The notes under the pieces are model-generated. The model was given only the letters and a program-made list of their open reading frames with translations, made no database searches and had not been told where the DNA came from. This document shows positions 38,742 through 50,890 of a stretch of DNA of 64,000 bases, in pieces. The translations under genes were made by a program, and so were the position numbers. This DNA is from Squalus acanthias. Lineage: Eukaryota. Positions within the stretch are counted from its first letter, which is position 1. Every line of letters starts with the position of its first letter. The DNA is taken from positions 226,858,001 through 226,922,000 of the forward strand of contig CM059425.1 in assembly GCA_030390025.1 (NCBI GenBank), read 5' to 3'.

Positions 38742-38961
38742 AATTTCCAGCGTCCGAGTATTAATGAGGGCAATGGGGAATTCAATAATTTCGTGCAAGT
38801 ACTCCGGTGGGTTGTTCTCTTCACACGTTGCTTCAAAGTCAATGACACAGATGTAATCGTAGTACGTGTCTGAACACTCTGGCTTGATTAGCGATGTCTG
38901 AGTCAATTTCTGCTTCTTGTAGTAATTTTTTAATCGCTTTCTCAGCACATCCTTCACTCCC
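38742..38961 (-). CDS. ERI1: ERI1 coding exon 3 (end of SAP domain, exonuclease motif I: YDYICVIDFEATCEE...HEIIEFP)
   Basis: ctttag|G acceptor, ATT|GTGAGT donor, 220 nt. Contains the DxE catalytic residues of the DEDDh family. Confidence 0.97.
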
Positions 38962-38974
38962 CTAAAGTATATCA

Positions 38975-39180
38975 ACAAGAGAGCGACGCAAAGAGAGAAT
39001 GTGGGCGAGAGACAGAGCAAAAGTGAGTAAGAAACACACAGAGAAAGTGAGAGACAAACACAGAAAGTGAGTGAGACAGAGGCAGTGAGAGAGGGACAGA
39101 TGGGGTGCGAGACACAGACAGAAAAAGTGAAAGATTGTCAAGCACAAGGAGAGAGTGACACACAGAATTAGAGAAAGACA
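38975..39180. repeat. GA/GACA-rich low-complexity tract at the 3' end of ERI1 intron 2
   Basis: gagagacagag-type repeats. Confidence 0.8.
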
Positions 39181-39923
39181 AAAAAAATACATTTAATTAA
39201 TAATGTGCGTCATCTATTCACACCTATACTTTGCATCAATATCAATTTAAGTATTTTTCCTTGTACATCATTTTCTCCAAAACAGTTAATATAATGTATT
39301 TGCACAAGTATTTAATATGCATAACTCAACCAAAATCAGTATGATATAGGCAAGTAGGAGGAATTTTGGTAGGGGGAATATTAAATTAATGGGAACAAGA
39401 TTAAACAATATATGAGCTTCCGCCCTGAGGCTCTGTGACAAGAACAAAATGCATGGACACCCTTAGATTATGGACTGTAATTTTCTACAAATAAAATATA
39501 CTAGCTAAAAATCTTAGCCAATCCTAGATACATTGGACTGGACTGAAAAAGGGGAGGCGAAGGAGACTTATAGGAGCCACAGTTTACTACTGTTAGTAAT
39601 TTGCTGCTATGGAAACAAGCAAGGAAAATCCGTGCATGGATTTAGTCTGGGCATAACAGCAAATGTTCACTTGCTTATTTTCAAAAGCACCAATTTTGGA
39701 TTTCAGACCTGCCCCCCCGCTAGCAGATTAACTTGCAACAATAACAACTTGCATTTATATAGCACCTTCAACATAGTAAAACTTTCCTTTAACATAGTAG
39801 AATTTTAATAATTTCACAGGAGCACGATTCGAATGGGGCCAGGCTGTAATAGTTCTCTTCAGGGCTTCACTCGCTTGTGTTTTATTTCTCCCTTCGTTCA
39901 TCGCTGGCCAGAATGACGCCCAC

Positions 39924-40102
39924 CTGGTTTCCAGATGGAGCTCTGCTAGCTTTGTGCGGAGCTCGTCGCGAGTCATCCTGTTGATATGGCCATTTGTGAC
40001 AGCAATTTCTTTGTAGACTGGGTCACTGAAGTCTTTAACGTAGGCAGCAGGGGTAGCTTTCATTGGCTGCTCTTGTCCATCAAGTCTGCTGCGCTGCTTC
40101 AC
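39924..40102 (-). CDS. ERI1: ERI1 coding exon 2 (start of SAP domain: DFSDPVYKEIAVTNGHINRMTRDELRTKLAELHLETR)
   Basis: tttcag|GTG acceptor, AG|GTGGGC donor, 179 nt. Closely matches the vertebrate ERI1 segment DFSDPVYKEIA. Confidence 0.96.
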
Positions 40103-40528
40103 CTGAAATAAAGGCAAACGGACTTCAGAACAAATCAGTGACAGGTGCCAACGGCTTACGCTACGTGACACGGTGCAGTACTGCCTCCTTAACAGACTTC
40201 AGGCCAGCTTCATTCACACAATACACAGACAGCTTATACAGCAAAGAATAGCCCAAACTGCACAGTACATGGAAATTGTGATACCAATTACACAAGCATT
40301 ACTCAGAAATAGGAACAAAAAGGCTGGTAGGAGATGGTTGCAAAGTGACCTTTTTTCCCCCCACCAGGCATATGCTGCTGTCAGTGTGGCAGCAGTCGAG
40401 CAAGAAAATTAACACTTCCACAGTTCCACTGCTTTCGCACAAGTTACCTGTTTGGTAATTTTTCAATACGATAAAACAGCCTCACAACTAAATCTTAATG
40501 ATATGGTCAGGCACTTCATTCTCTCCCA

Positions 40529-41157
40529 NNNNNNNNNNNNNNNNNNNNNNNNNNNNNNNNNNNNNNNNNNNNNNNNNNNNNNNNNNNNNNNNNNNNNNNN
40601 NNNNNNNNNNNNNNNNNNNNNNNNNNNNNNNNNNNNNNNNNNNNNNNNNNNNNNNNNNNNNNNNNNNNNNNNNNNNNNNNNNNNNNNNNNNNNNNNNNNN
40701 NNNNNNNNNNNNNNNNNNNNNNNNNNNNNNNNNNNNNNNNNNNNNNNNNNNNNNNNNNNNNNNNNNNNNNNNNNNNNNNNNNNNNNNNNNNNNNNNNNNN
40801 NNNNNNNNNNNNNNNNNNNNNNNNNNNNNNNNNNNNNNNNNNNNNNNNNNNNNNNNNNNNNNNNNNNNNNNNNNNNNNNNNNNNNNNNNNNNNNNNNNNN
40901 NNNNNNNNNNNNNNNNNNNNNNNNNNNNNNNNNNNNNNNNNNNNNNNNNNNNNNNNNNNNNNNNNNNNNNNNNNNNNNNNNNNNNNNNNNNNNNNNNNNN
41001 NNNNNNNNNNNNNNNNNNNNNNNNNNNNNNNNNNNNNNNNNNNNNNNNNNNNNNNNNNNNNNNNNNNNNNNNNNNNNNNNNNNNNNNNNNNNNNNNNNNN
41101 NNNNNNNNNNNNNNNNNNNNNNNNNNNNNNNNNNNNNNNNNNNNNNNNNNNNNNNNN
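40529..41157. other. Assembly gap (629 N) in ERI1 intron 1
   Basis: Run of N. Confidence 1.
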
Positions 41158-41262
41158 TTTCCAGTTCTGATGAAAGGTCATCAACCTGAAACGCTAACTC
41201 TATTTTACTCGCCACAGATGCTGCCTGATCTGCTGAGTATTTCCAGCATTTTCTGTTTTTAA
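41158..41262 (+). mobile_element. Penelope-like element terminus with a minimal hammerhead motif
   Basis: GTT-CTGATGA-AAGGTCATCAACCT-GAAAC...GATGCTGCCTGATCTGCTGAGTATTTCCAGC. Matches 53802-53905. Confidence 0.7.
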
Positions 41263-41356
41263 TTTGGCACCTGCTCAGTGGGCCAAGTTATGTATTACAC
41301 ATTTAAAGTTATAGTGCTCCACACTTGAAAAGTTGTTTACACTGACAGGGAAAGTA

Positions 41357-44300
41357 TAGAACATAGAACATAGAACAGTACAGCACAGTACAGGCCCTTC
41401 GGCCCTCGATGTTGTGCCGAGCACTGTCCGAGACCAAGATCAAGCTATCACACTCCCTATCACTCTGGTGTGCTCCATGTGCTTATCCAATAACCGCTTG
41501 AAAGTTCCTAAAGTGTCCGACTCCACTATCACAGCAGGCAGTCCATTCCACACACCAACCACTCTCTGAGTAAAGAATCTACCTCGGACATCCCTTCTAT
41601 ATCTCCCCCCATGCACCTTATAGTTATGCCCCCTTGTAACAGCTGCCTCTACCCGAGGAAATAGTCTCTGAACATCCACTCTATCTATCCCCCTCATCAT
41701 CTTATAAACCTCTATTAAGTCGCCTCTCATCCTCCTCCGCTCTAAAGAGAAAAGCCCCAACTCCCTCAATCTTTCCTCATAAGACCTCCCCCCCAAACCA
41801 GGCAGCATCCTGGTAAATCTCCTTTGCACTCTTTCCAATGCTTCCACGTCCTTCCTATAGTGAGGTGACCAGAACTGCACACAATATTCCAAATGTGGTC
41901 TCACCAAGGTCCTGTACAGTTGCAGCATAACCTCACGGTTCTTAAACTCAAACCCTCTGTTAATAAACGCCAACACACCATAGGCCTTCTTTACTGCTCT
42001 ATCCACTTGAGTGGCAACCTTCAGAGATCTGTGGATATGAACCCCCAGATCCCTCTGCTCCTCCACGTTCCTCAGAACCCTGCCGTTGACCCTGTAATCC
42101 TTATTCAAATTTGCCCTACCAAAATGAATCACCTCGCACTTATCAGGGTTAAATTCCATCTGCCATTTTTCGGCCCAGCTCTGCATCCTATCAATGTCTC
42201 TTTGCAGCCTACAACTGCCCTCCACCTCATCCACTGCTCCACCAATCTTGGTGTCATCAGCAAATTTACTGATCCACCCTTCAGTCCCCTCCTCCAAGTC
42301 ATTGATAAAAATCACGAACAGCAAAGGACCCAGCCCTGTGGCACACCGCTGGTAACTGGTCTCCAGTCCGAAAATGTTCCATCCACCACCACCCTCTGCC
42401 TTCTATGAGATAGCCAGTTACTTATCCAATCGGCCAAATTTCCCTCTATCCCACAACTCCTTACTTTCTTCATGAGACGACCATGGGGAACCTTATCAAA
42501 CGCCTTACTAAAATCCATGTATACGACATCAACTGCTCTACCTTCATCTACACACTTAGTTACCTCCTCAAAGAATTCAATCAAATTTGTTAGGCAAGAC
42601 TTACCCTTCACGAATCCGTGTTGACTATCCCTGATTAAGTTGCCCCTTTCCAAATGGTCATAAATCCTATCCCTCAGGACCTTTTCCATTATCTTACCAA
42701 CCACCGAAGTAAGACTAACCGGCCTATAATTACCAGGGTCATTCCTATTTCCTTTCTTGAGAGACGAACAACATTCGCCACTCTCCAGTCCTCTGGCACC
42801 ATCCCCGTGGACAGTGAGGACCCAAAGATCAAAGCCAGAGGCTCTGCAATCTCCTCCCTTGCCTCCCAAAGAATCCTAGGATATATCCCATCTGGCCCAG
42901 GGGACTTATCGACCCTCAGGTTCTTCAAAATTGCTAAAACATCTTCCCTCAGAACATCTACCACCTCCAGCCTATCCACCTTTATCACACTCTCATCCTC
43001 AAGAACATGGCCCCTCTCCTCGGTGAACACTGACGAAAAGTATTCATTCATCACCTCTCCTATCTCTTCTGACTCCATGCACAAGTTCCCACTACTGTCC
43101 TTGACCGGCCCTACCCTCACCCTGGTCATTCTTTTATTTCTCACATAAGAGTAAAAAGCCTTGGGATTTTTCTTGATCCGACCCGCCAAGGACTTCTCAT
43201 GCCCCCTCCTAGCTCTCCTAAGCTCTTTTTTTAGCTCATTCCTTGCTACCTTGTACCCCTCAATCGACCCAACTGAACCTTGTTTTCTCATCCTTACATA
43301 CGCTTCCTTTTTCCTCTTGACTAGACATTCAACCTCTTTTGTGAACCATGGTTCTCTCACTCGGCCATTTCCTCCCTGCCTGACAGGGACATACCTATCA
43401 AGGACACGCAGTAATTGCTCCATGAAAAAGCTCCACTTTTCGTTTGTGCCTTTCCCTGATAGTTTCTGTTCCCATCTTATACTCCCTAATTCTTGCCTAA
43501 TCGCATCATAATTACCCCTCCCCCAATTATAAACCCTGCCCTGCCGTATGGCCCTATCCCTCTCCATTGCAATAGTGAAAGTTACCGAATTGTGGTCACT
43601 ATCTCCAAAGTGCTCTCCCACATACAAATCAAACACTTGGCCCGGTTCATTACCCAGTACCAAATCCAACGTGGCCCCACCTCTTGTCGGCCTATCCACA
43701 TATTGTGTCAGGAAGCCCTCCTGCACACACTGTGCAAAAACTATCCCATCCGAACTGTTTGACCTATAAAGGTTCCAATCAATATTTGGAAAGTTGAAGT
43801 CACCCATGACAACTACTCTGTGACCTCCACACCTATTCATAATCTGCTTTGCAATTTCTTCCTCCACATCTTTATTACTATTTGGGGGCCTGTAGAAAAC
43901 TCCTAACAACGTGACCGCTCCTTTCCTGTTTCTAACTTCAGCCCATATTACCTCAGACGGCAGATCCCCCTCGAACTGCCTTTCTGCCACTGTTAAACTA
44001 TCCTTGATTAACAATGCTACTCCTCCACCTTTCTTACCAACTTCCCTACTCTTACTGAAACATCTATACCCCGGAACTTCCAACAGCCATTCCTGTCCCT
44101 GTTCTAACCATGTCTCCGTAATGGCCACCACATCGTAGTCCCAAGTACCAATCCACGCTCCAAGTTCTCCTACCTTATTCCGGATGCTCCTTGCATTGAA
44201 GTAGACACACTTCAAGCCATCTTCCTGTCTGCCGGTACATTCCTGCGACCTTGATACCCTCCTCAGTACCTCCCTACACTCACCACTGGCTCGTGGACTA

Positions 44301-44372
44301 CAGCCCTTTTTCCCATCCCCCTGACAAATTAGTTTAAACCCCCCCGAAGAGCTGTAGCAAATTTCCCTCCCA
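41357..44372 (-). mobile_element. Young CR1 LINE with near-intact ORF2 (endonuclease + RT), 5'-truncated in ORF1
   Basis: Three overlapping ORFs (42689-44215, 42312-42869, 41440-42324) join into one ORF2 across two frame changes. (TTCTATG)n tail. ORF1 end GGKFATALRGGLN*. Confidence 0.95.
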
Positions 44373-45077
44373 AGTAAAAGGTTGAAATATCTTTGAAATG
44401 TACTAACCTAGCTACCAGAGTTCCCCTCCCCCCACTTTAAAAACTGTGGACTCATCATAAATGGACAATATCAGTTGTGGCTCAATGATGGCACTCTTGC
44501 CTCTCCATCAGAAGGTTGTCGGTTAAAGTCCCACTTCAGGGACTGGAGCACATAATCCAGGCTGACCCACCAGTGCAGTACTGCAAGTTCTTTCTTTAAT
44601 AACAAACTCCCCATTGTGATGTAAGAAATTAGGTGCTAATTAAAAAGAAAGAACTCGCAGTTATATAGCATATTTCACAACATCAGGACGTCCCAAAGCA
44701 CTTTACTACTAATCAAGTACTTTTGAAGTGCCATTGTTGTAATGTAGGAAACACGGCAGCCAATTTACGCACAGCAATGTCCCACAAACAGCAATGAGAT
44801 AAATTACTAGATAATCTGTTTTAAGTGTTGGTTGAGGGATAAACGTTGGCCAGGACACTGGGGAGAACTCCGCTGCTCTTCTTCAACTGGTGACGTGAGA
44901 TCTTTTGTGTCTGCCAGAGAGGGCAGACAGGGGTCTCTGTTTAATGTTTCATCCGAAAGGCAGCAGCTCAGACGGTGCAGTACTGAGAGAGTGCTGCCTG
45001 GATTATGCGCTGGAGTCTCGGGAGCGGGACTTGAATTATAATTTAGGAGGGGGGGGGCGTCTCCGCATCTAAAGAGG

Positions 45078-46892
45078 AGAGGGGGATGTCTCCACATTTG
45101 AAGGGCAAGGGGGATGTCTCCACATTTGAAGGGGAAGGGGGATGGGGGATGTCTCCACATTTGAAGGGGAGGGGGGATGTCTCCACATTTGAAGGGGAGG
45201 GGGGATGTCTCCACATTTGAAGGGGAGGGGGATGTCTCCACATTTGAAGGGGAGGGGGGATGTCTCCACATTTGAAGGGGAGGGGGATGTCTCCACATTT
45301 GAAGGGGAGGGGGGATGTCTCCACATTTGAAGGGGGGGGGGGATGTCTCCACATTTGAAGGGAGGGGGGATGTCTCCACATTTGAAGGGGAGGGGGGATG
45401 TCTCCACATTTGATGGGGAGGGGGAATGTCTCCACATTTGATGGGGAGGGGGAATGTCTCCACATTTGATGGGGAGGGGGGATGTCTCCACATTTGAAGT
45501 GAGGGGGAATGTCTCCACATTTGAAGGGGAAGGGGGATGTCTCCACATTTGAAGGGGAGGGGGATGTCTCCACATTTGATGGGGAGGGGGGATGTCTCCA
45601 CATTTGAAGGGGGGGGGGATGTCTCCACATTTGAAGGGGAGGGGGGATGTCTCCACATTTGATGGGGAGGGGGGATGTCTCCACATTTGAAGGGGGGGAA
45701 TGTCTCCACATTTGAAGGGGAGGGGGATGTCTCCACATTTGATGGGGGGGGGATGTCTCCACATTTGAAGGGGGGGATGTCTCCACATTTGATGGGGGGG
45801 GGGATGTCTCCACATTTGAAGGGGAGGGGGAATGTCTCCACATTTGAAGGGGGGGGATGTCTCCACATTTGATGGGGGGGGGGATGTCTCCACATTTGAA
45901 GGGGAGGGGGAATGTCTCCACATTTGAAGGGGGGGGGATGTCTCCATATTTGATGGGGGGGGGGATGTCTCCACATTTGAAGGGGAGGGGGGATGTCTCC
46001 ACATTTGATGGGGAGGGGGGATGTCTCCACATTTGATGGGGAGGGGGGATGTCTCCACATTTGAAGGGGAGGGGGAATGTCTCCACATTTGAAGGGGGGG
46101 GATGTCCCCACATTTGATGGGGGGGGGGGATGTCTCCACATTTGATGGGGAGGGGGGATGTCTCCACATTTGATGGGGAGGGGGGATGTCTCCACATTTG
46201 AAGGGAGGGGGGATGTCTCCACATTTGATGGGGAGGGGGGATGTCTCCACATTTGAAGGGGAGGGGGATGTCTCCACATTTGATGGGGAGGGGGGATGTC
46301 GCCACATTTGAAGGAGAGGGGGAATGTCTCCACATTTGATGGGGAGGGGGGATGTCTCCACATTTGATGGGGAGGGGGGATGTCTCCACATTTGATGGGG
46401 AGGGGGGATGTCTCCACATTTGAAGGGCAAGGGGGATGTCTCCACATTTGAAGGGCAAGGGGGATGTCTCCACATTTGAAGGGGAGGGGGGATGTCTCCA
46501 CATTTGAAGGGGGGGGGATGTCTCCACATTTGATGGGGAGGGGGGATGTCTCCACATTTGATGGGGAAGGGGGATGTCTCCACATTTGAAGGGGGGGGAT
46601 GTCTCCACATTTGATGGGGAGGGGGATGTCTCCATATTTGATGGGGAAGGGGGATGTCTCCACATTTGAAGGGGAGGGGGATGTCTCCACATTTGATGGG
46701 GAGGGGGGATGTCTCCACATTTGAAGGGGAGGGGGATGTCTCCATATTTGATGGGGAAGGGGGATGTCTCCACATTTGATGAGAAGTCGCACAACACCAG
46801 GTTATAGTCCAACAGTTTTATTTGAAATCACAAGCTTTCGGAGCTGCTGGGGGATGTCTCCACATTTGAAGGGGAGGGGGGATATCTCCACT
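45078..46892. repeat. G-rich minisatellite, unit about 23-27 bp GGGGATGTCTCCACATTTGA(A/T)GGGGAG, roughly 65-70 copies
   Basis: Near-invariant ATGTCTCCACATTTGA core with variable G-runs. Confidence 0.97.
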
Positions 46893-46894
46893 AG

Positions 46895-47200
46895 CCCCGA
46901 TCCAGGCCGTGTCTGGGCTCCGATGAAGTAACGCCACTATCTCACCTGATCCTGGCCCTGCACCGGACCCGAGCCGGGCCCCAGGCCGCTCTCAGCGGCG
47001 CGCGGGAGATTCTCCTTCTGTTCCTCCTCCATCTCCACTCCAACGGCCGCGCAAGGAACTTTCGTCACTTCCGCTTCCCCACAACAACAAACGCAAGCCC
47101 GCGGGAAAGGTTCTCTGACCTCACTTCTGGTCCGCGCCCCGGCGCCTGCGCCTCGAGGACAGGAGGCGAGCAGTGCGGAGTCTGCGCAGTGAGAACTTTC
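46895..47200 (-). promoter_or_regulatory. CpG-rich ERI1 promoter / exon 1 region
   Basis: Locally dense CpG in an otherwise CpG-poor window. ETS-type CGGAAGTG (plus-strand cacttccg 47066-47073) and NRF1-like GCGCCTGCGC (47142-47151), typical of housekeeping promoters. Confidence 0.7.
46946..47032 (-). CDS. ERI1: ERI1 coding exon 1 (MEEEQKENLPRAAESGLGPGSGPVQGQDQ)
   Basis: ATG at 47032 in a strong Kozak context (GAGATGG) inside a CpG-rich patch. 87 nt, ends CAG|GTGAGA, phase 0 matches exon 2. The N-terminus is poorly conserved, so the assignment rests on position, phase and CpG context. Confidence 0.8.
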
Positions 47201-47244
47201 AGAGCGGGGCAACGACAGGAGGACAGATTGGCAATAGTGTGTGG

Positions 47245-47985
47245 AGAGATTGAGAGAGTATGGAGAGGGATCGAGAGAGGAATGGAGTGATTGAGAGAAT
47301 CTGGAGAGATGGAGGGAGAGATTGAGAGAATCTGGAGAGGGAGGGAAAGATTGAGAGAATCTGGAGAGATGGAGGGAAAGATTGAGAGAATCTGGAGAGA
47401 GATTGAGAGAATCTGGAGAGAGGGGGAGAGATTGAGAGAATCTGGAGAGAGGGAGAGATTGAGAGAGTCTGGAGAGATTGAGAGAATCTGGAGAGGGGGA
47501 GATTGAGAGAGTCTGGAGAGGGAGGGAGCGATTGAGAGTCTGGAGAAGGAGGGGTGGAGAGGGAGAGGGAGGGGCAGAGATTGAGCGAGGGTGGAGAGGG
47601 AGGGGCAGAGATTGAGAGAGTCTGGAGAGGGAGGGGCAGAGATTGAGAGAGTCTGGAGAGGGAGGGCAGAGATTGAGAGTGTCTGGAGAGGGAGGGGCAG
47701 AGATTGAGAGTGTCTGGAGAGGGAGGGGCAGAGATTGAGAGAGTCTGGAGAGGGAGGGCAGAGATTGAGAGTGTCTGGAGAGGGAGGGCAGAGATTGAGA
47801 GTGTCTGGAGAGGGAGGGGCAGAGATTGAGAGTGTCTGGAGAGGGAGGGCAGAGATTGAGAGTGTCTGGAGAGGGAGGGCAGAGATTGAGAGTGTCTGGA
47901 GAGGGAGGGGCAGAGATTGAGAGTGTCTGGAGAGGGAGGGGCAGAGATTGAGAGTGTCTGGAGAGGGAGGGGCAGAATTTTGAGT
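47245..47985. repeat. Purine-rich minisatellite, unit about 20-30 bp GAGATTGAGAG(A/T)(A/G)TCTGGAGAGGGAGGG(G)CA; degenerate units continue to about 48730
   Basis: Directly visible tandem units upstream of ERI1 exon 1. Confidence 0.95.
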
Positions 47986-50165
47986 GGAGGGGCAGATTGG
48001 GAGAGGAGGTGTTTGGAGAAGGGGTGGCGATTGGGAGCAACTAAGGGGGAGGGGGAAATTCTACAGGGGACAAGAAGAGATGGGAAGGGACAACAACAAG
48101 TGGGAGATACTGGGGGGAAGAATCTATACAGATTGAGAGAATCTGGAAAGGGAGAGGTAGAGATGCCACAGTCTGGATGGGGAGGGGCAGGCAGTGCAGT
48201 GGAAAAGATTGGCAGAGTCTGGGTGGGGAGGGGCAGACAGGGCAGTGGAAGAGATTGGCAAACTCTGGGTGGGGAGGGGCAGAGTCTAGAGGGGGAGGCA
48301 TGGGCAGAGAATTCATGTTGGCGCTCTCTAATCTCTCAAATTTCTCCCAAGTGCTCAGTCAGTTTGTCCTTAATTATAGATTCCAATAACTTTGCCGCAG
48401 CAGATGTTAGACTAACATCTATAACTTCCTGGTTTCTCTCTCTCTCACCTTTCTTAAATAATGGAGTTACATTTGTTTGGGAGATTCTGAAGAAGGGTCA
48501 GATTCGGAGTCTGAAGGAGATGGGGCAGAGACATAGCCTGGTGAGGGAGGGGAAGAGACAGGGCAGAGTCTGGAGGGGGGTGGGGGGGGGGATGAGAGTT
48601 TAAGAGAGTCTAAGGAAGGGGCAGAAATAGAGCAGATTCTGGAGAGGAAGGGGCAGAGATCAGGAGAGTATATGGGTAGTGGCAGAGTCTGGAGTGGAAG
48701 GTGCAGAAACCGGGCAGAGTCTGTAGACAGCCTACAACACAGACCCATCCCCACCCTCAAGTAACATTGTCCATTTAACTATAGTATAGCTAACTACTAT
48801 TCCAGTAGCACCCTACAATAGCCAACTAATTGGATCCAACTCAGGCAGAGGAGCAAAAGGAATGCATGTATGAAACCACATCAGAGACACACCACATGAA
48901 TTCACAAGACTAAAGGATTAAAGGTGATACAGCGCTGACATAACACTCGCATCGTTATACATACTCCTTTACAAGATCAGAGATAGGGATTTTTAGATAA
49001 ATTAGCATTTTGCACTCTTCCAAGAGATTAAATCACAGCGATGTGACTTCAAGCTGATCTGCCAAATCTTAACTATATCTGTACTGGAGTTTTCATACAC
49101 CAATACCTTTAATTTTGTGGGTTATTAAAATCAGAAATTACAAAAATTATCAATCTATTCTGTCCAAAATGGAAGATTAGGGTTTGGATCATGTATGTGC
49201 TTTATGGGGTAATGATTATGTACAACCCACTTTTTTAAAAAACAAGAAAGAAAAACTTGCATTTATACAGCCCCTTTCATGACCTCGGGATGTCCCAAAG
49301 CACTTTACGGTCAATGAAGTACTTTGGAAGTGTAGTCACTGTTGTAATGTAGGAAATGCTACAGCCAATTTGCGCAGGGAAAGCTCCCACAGACAGCAAT
49401 GAGATAATGACCATATAATCTGTTTTTTGGCGTTGGTTGATGGATAAATATTGGCCAGAATACTGGGCAAACTCCCTTGCTCTTTTTCAAATAGTGCCAT
49501 GGGGTCTTTTATGTCCACCTGAGAGAACAGATGGGGTATTGGTTTAACGTCTCAACTGAAAGACAGCACCTCCGACAGTGTAGTACTCCCTCAGTACTGC
49601 AATGAATTGTCAGCCTAAATTATGTCCCCAAATCTCTGGAGTGGGCACATGTATTGATAATTCTGTACTAATTCTTCAAAGATTGCAATCTCCAAACTCC
49701 AATATAGTTCCGTTGGGAAGACCTTAGTAGACAGGTTTTAATTTTGGAGAAAGGCTCGAAAATTCAGCAATTTATTCACTGGAACAGAAAAGTTTAAGTG
49801 GGATCAAACACGATATTCAAGATTATGGGAGATTTTGAGAAGATAAATAGTGGAAAAAATTGTCTCCAGTTGTTGGGAAATCGATAACAAGGGAGCAGAG
49901 ACTCAGGATTATCACTAGAGGAACAAGGGAAATTTAGAAGAAATGTATTCACTCGGAAATGTATTCACTTATTAGAACATGGATTGCCTTACCACACGCA
50001 GCTTTTGAAGAAGAGACTATCATTTATAACGGAACTGGATAATTATTTGAAAAGGAGAGCTATTGAAGGTTCTGAGGAAATGGCAGTGAAATGGGACGGG
50101 GGTTGATTGCTGCAGTTGAAGAGTGCTGTGATGGGACGAATGGCCTTCTGTGTTGTAATTTCTAT

Positions 50166-50890
50166 TGTTGGGTTTAAAGGACAGTCATTCATCATTTCCC
50201 TAATACCAGTTCAAGGACCAGGAAACATTAAGATGTCTGATTAATACCTTTTATTGATTAATACGTTGATATAACCCATTACATGCAGTGCCCATGAGAT
50301 TGGTACCGATAAATACTCCTGAGCAACGGACTCTTCGGATTCCGTAAATGTGTCATCTTGATTACTTACGTTCATCTTAGCAGACTAGGTAAAAGTCTCT
50401 CAGGGGCTCCGGTGTGCTGTATCTTTATAGGGTTAACTACGTCTCACTAGCGTGACGTTACTATGCAAGCACGTTTCATCTACTTGCAGTTAATGCGTGG
50501 TGTTGCCTTATACGTCATCACACCAAGTGATGTTTCTACTTTCCCCCCAAGCGCGCATGCGTATAACTACTATTCTCTGTTCATTATTCACTGTACACGA
50601 GTGACCACGGCTGTCAGGCATCCCCTTCATTTACTTATCTCCTTTCTTTTTTTTATAACAGAGAAATCTATTCATCCCTGACACTCCCCTTCTTAACCCA
50701 GACTATCTGGCAACATTCCTGCTCGTTAATATTTCTTTCTTACACCTCCCCCCCGCCCAGTCTGGTATTGATCCTGCTTGTCTCAGCACTCAGAGACTGT
50801 ATCCTTCTCATTAACTCTTACAATACAAGAGTTAGTTCATTTTTTATATATATGTGTGTGGCTATTCTACCTAGTATATCTATTCTTACA
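50166..50890 (-). mobile_element. Solo LTR
   Basis: TG...CA termini (tgttgg...cttaca). Perfect 5-bp TSD TCTAT (50161-50165 / 50891-50895). Minus-strand TATAAA at about 50424-50429 and AATAAA at 50250-50255. Inserted in a CR1 tail. Confidence 0.8.

Noticed and set aside
40452-41262. ORFs of 222-254 aa
   Set aside because: Artefacts of the N gap.
44807-46812. Three overlapping 568-661 aa Pro-rich ORFs on the minus strand
   Set aside because: They are translations of the minisatellite, whose minus strand lacks stop codons. The ERI1 frame itself stops at 46937-46939 if intron 1 is retained.
45078-46892. CRISPR-like array of a constant core with variable spacers
   Set aside because: The spacers are only G-runs of variable length, not unique sequences. 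The context is eukaryotic and there are no cas genes.
46937-48040. 367-aa ORF as a long N-terminal extension of ERI1
   Set aside because: The upstream part is the purine-rich minisatellite. The ATG at 47032 has a strong Kozak context and gives a normal-length ERI1.
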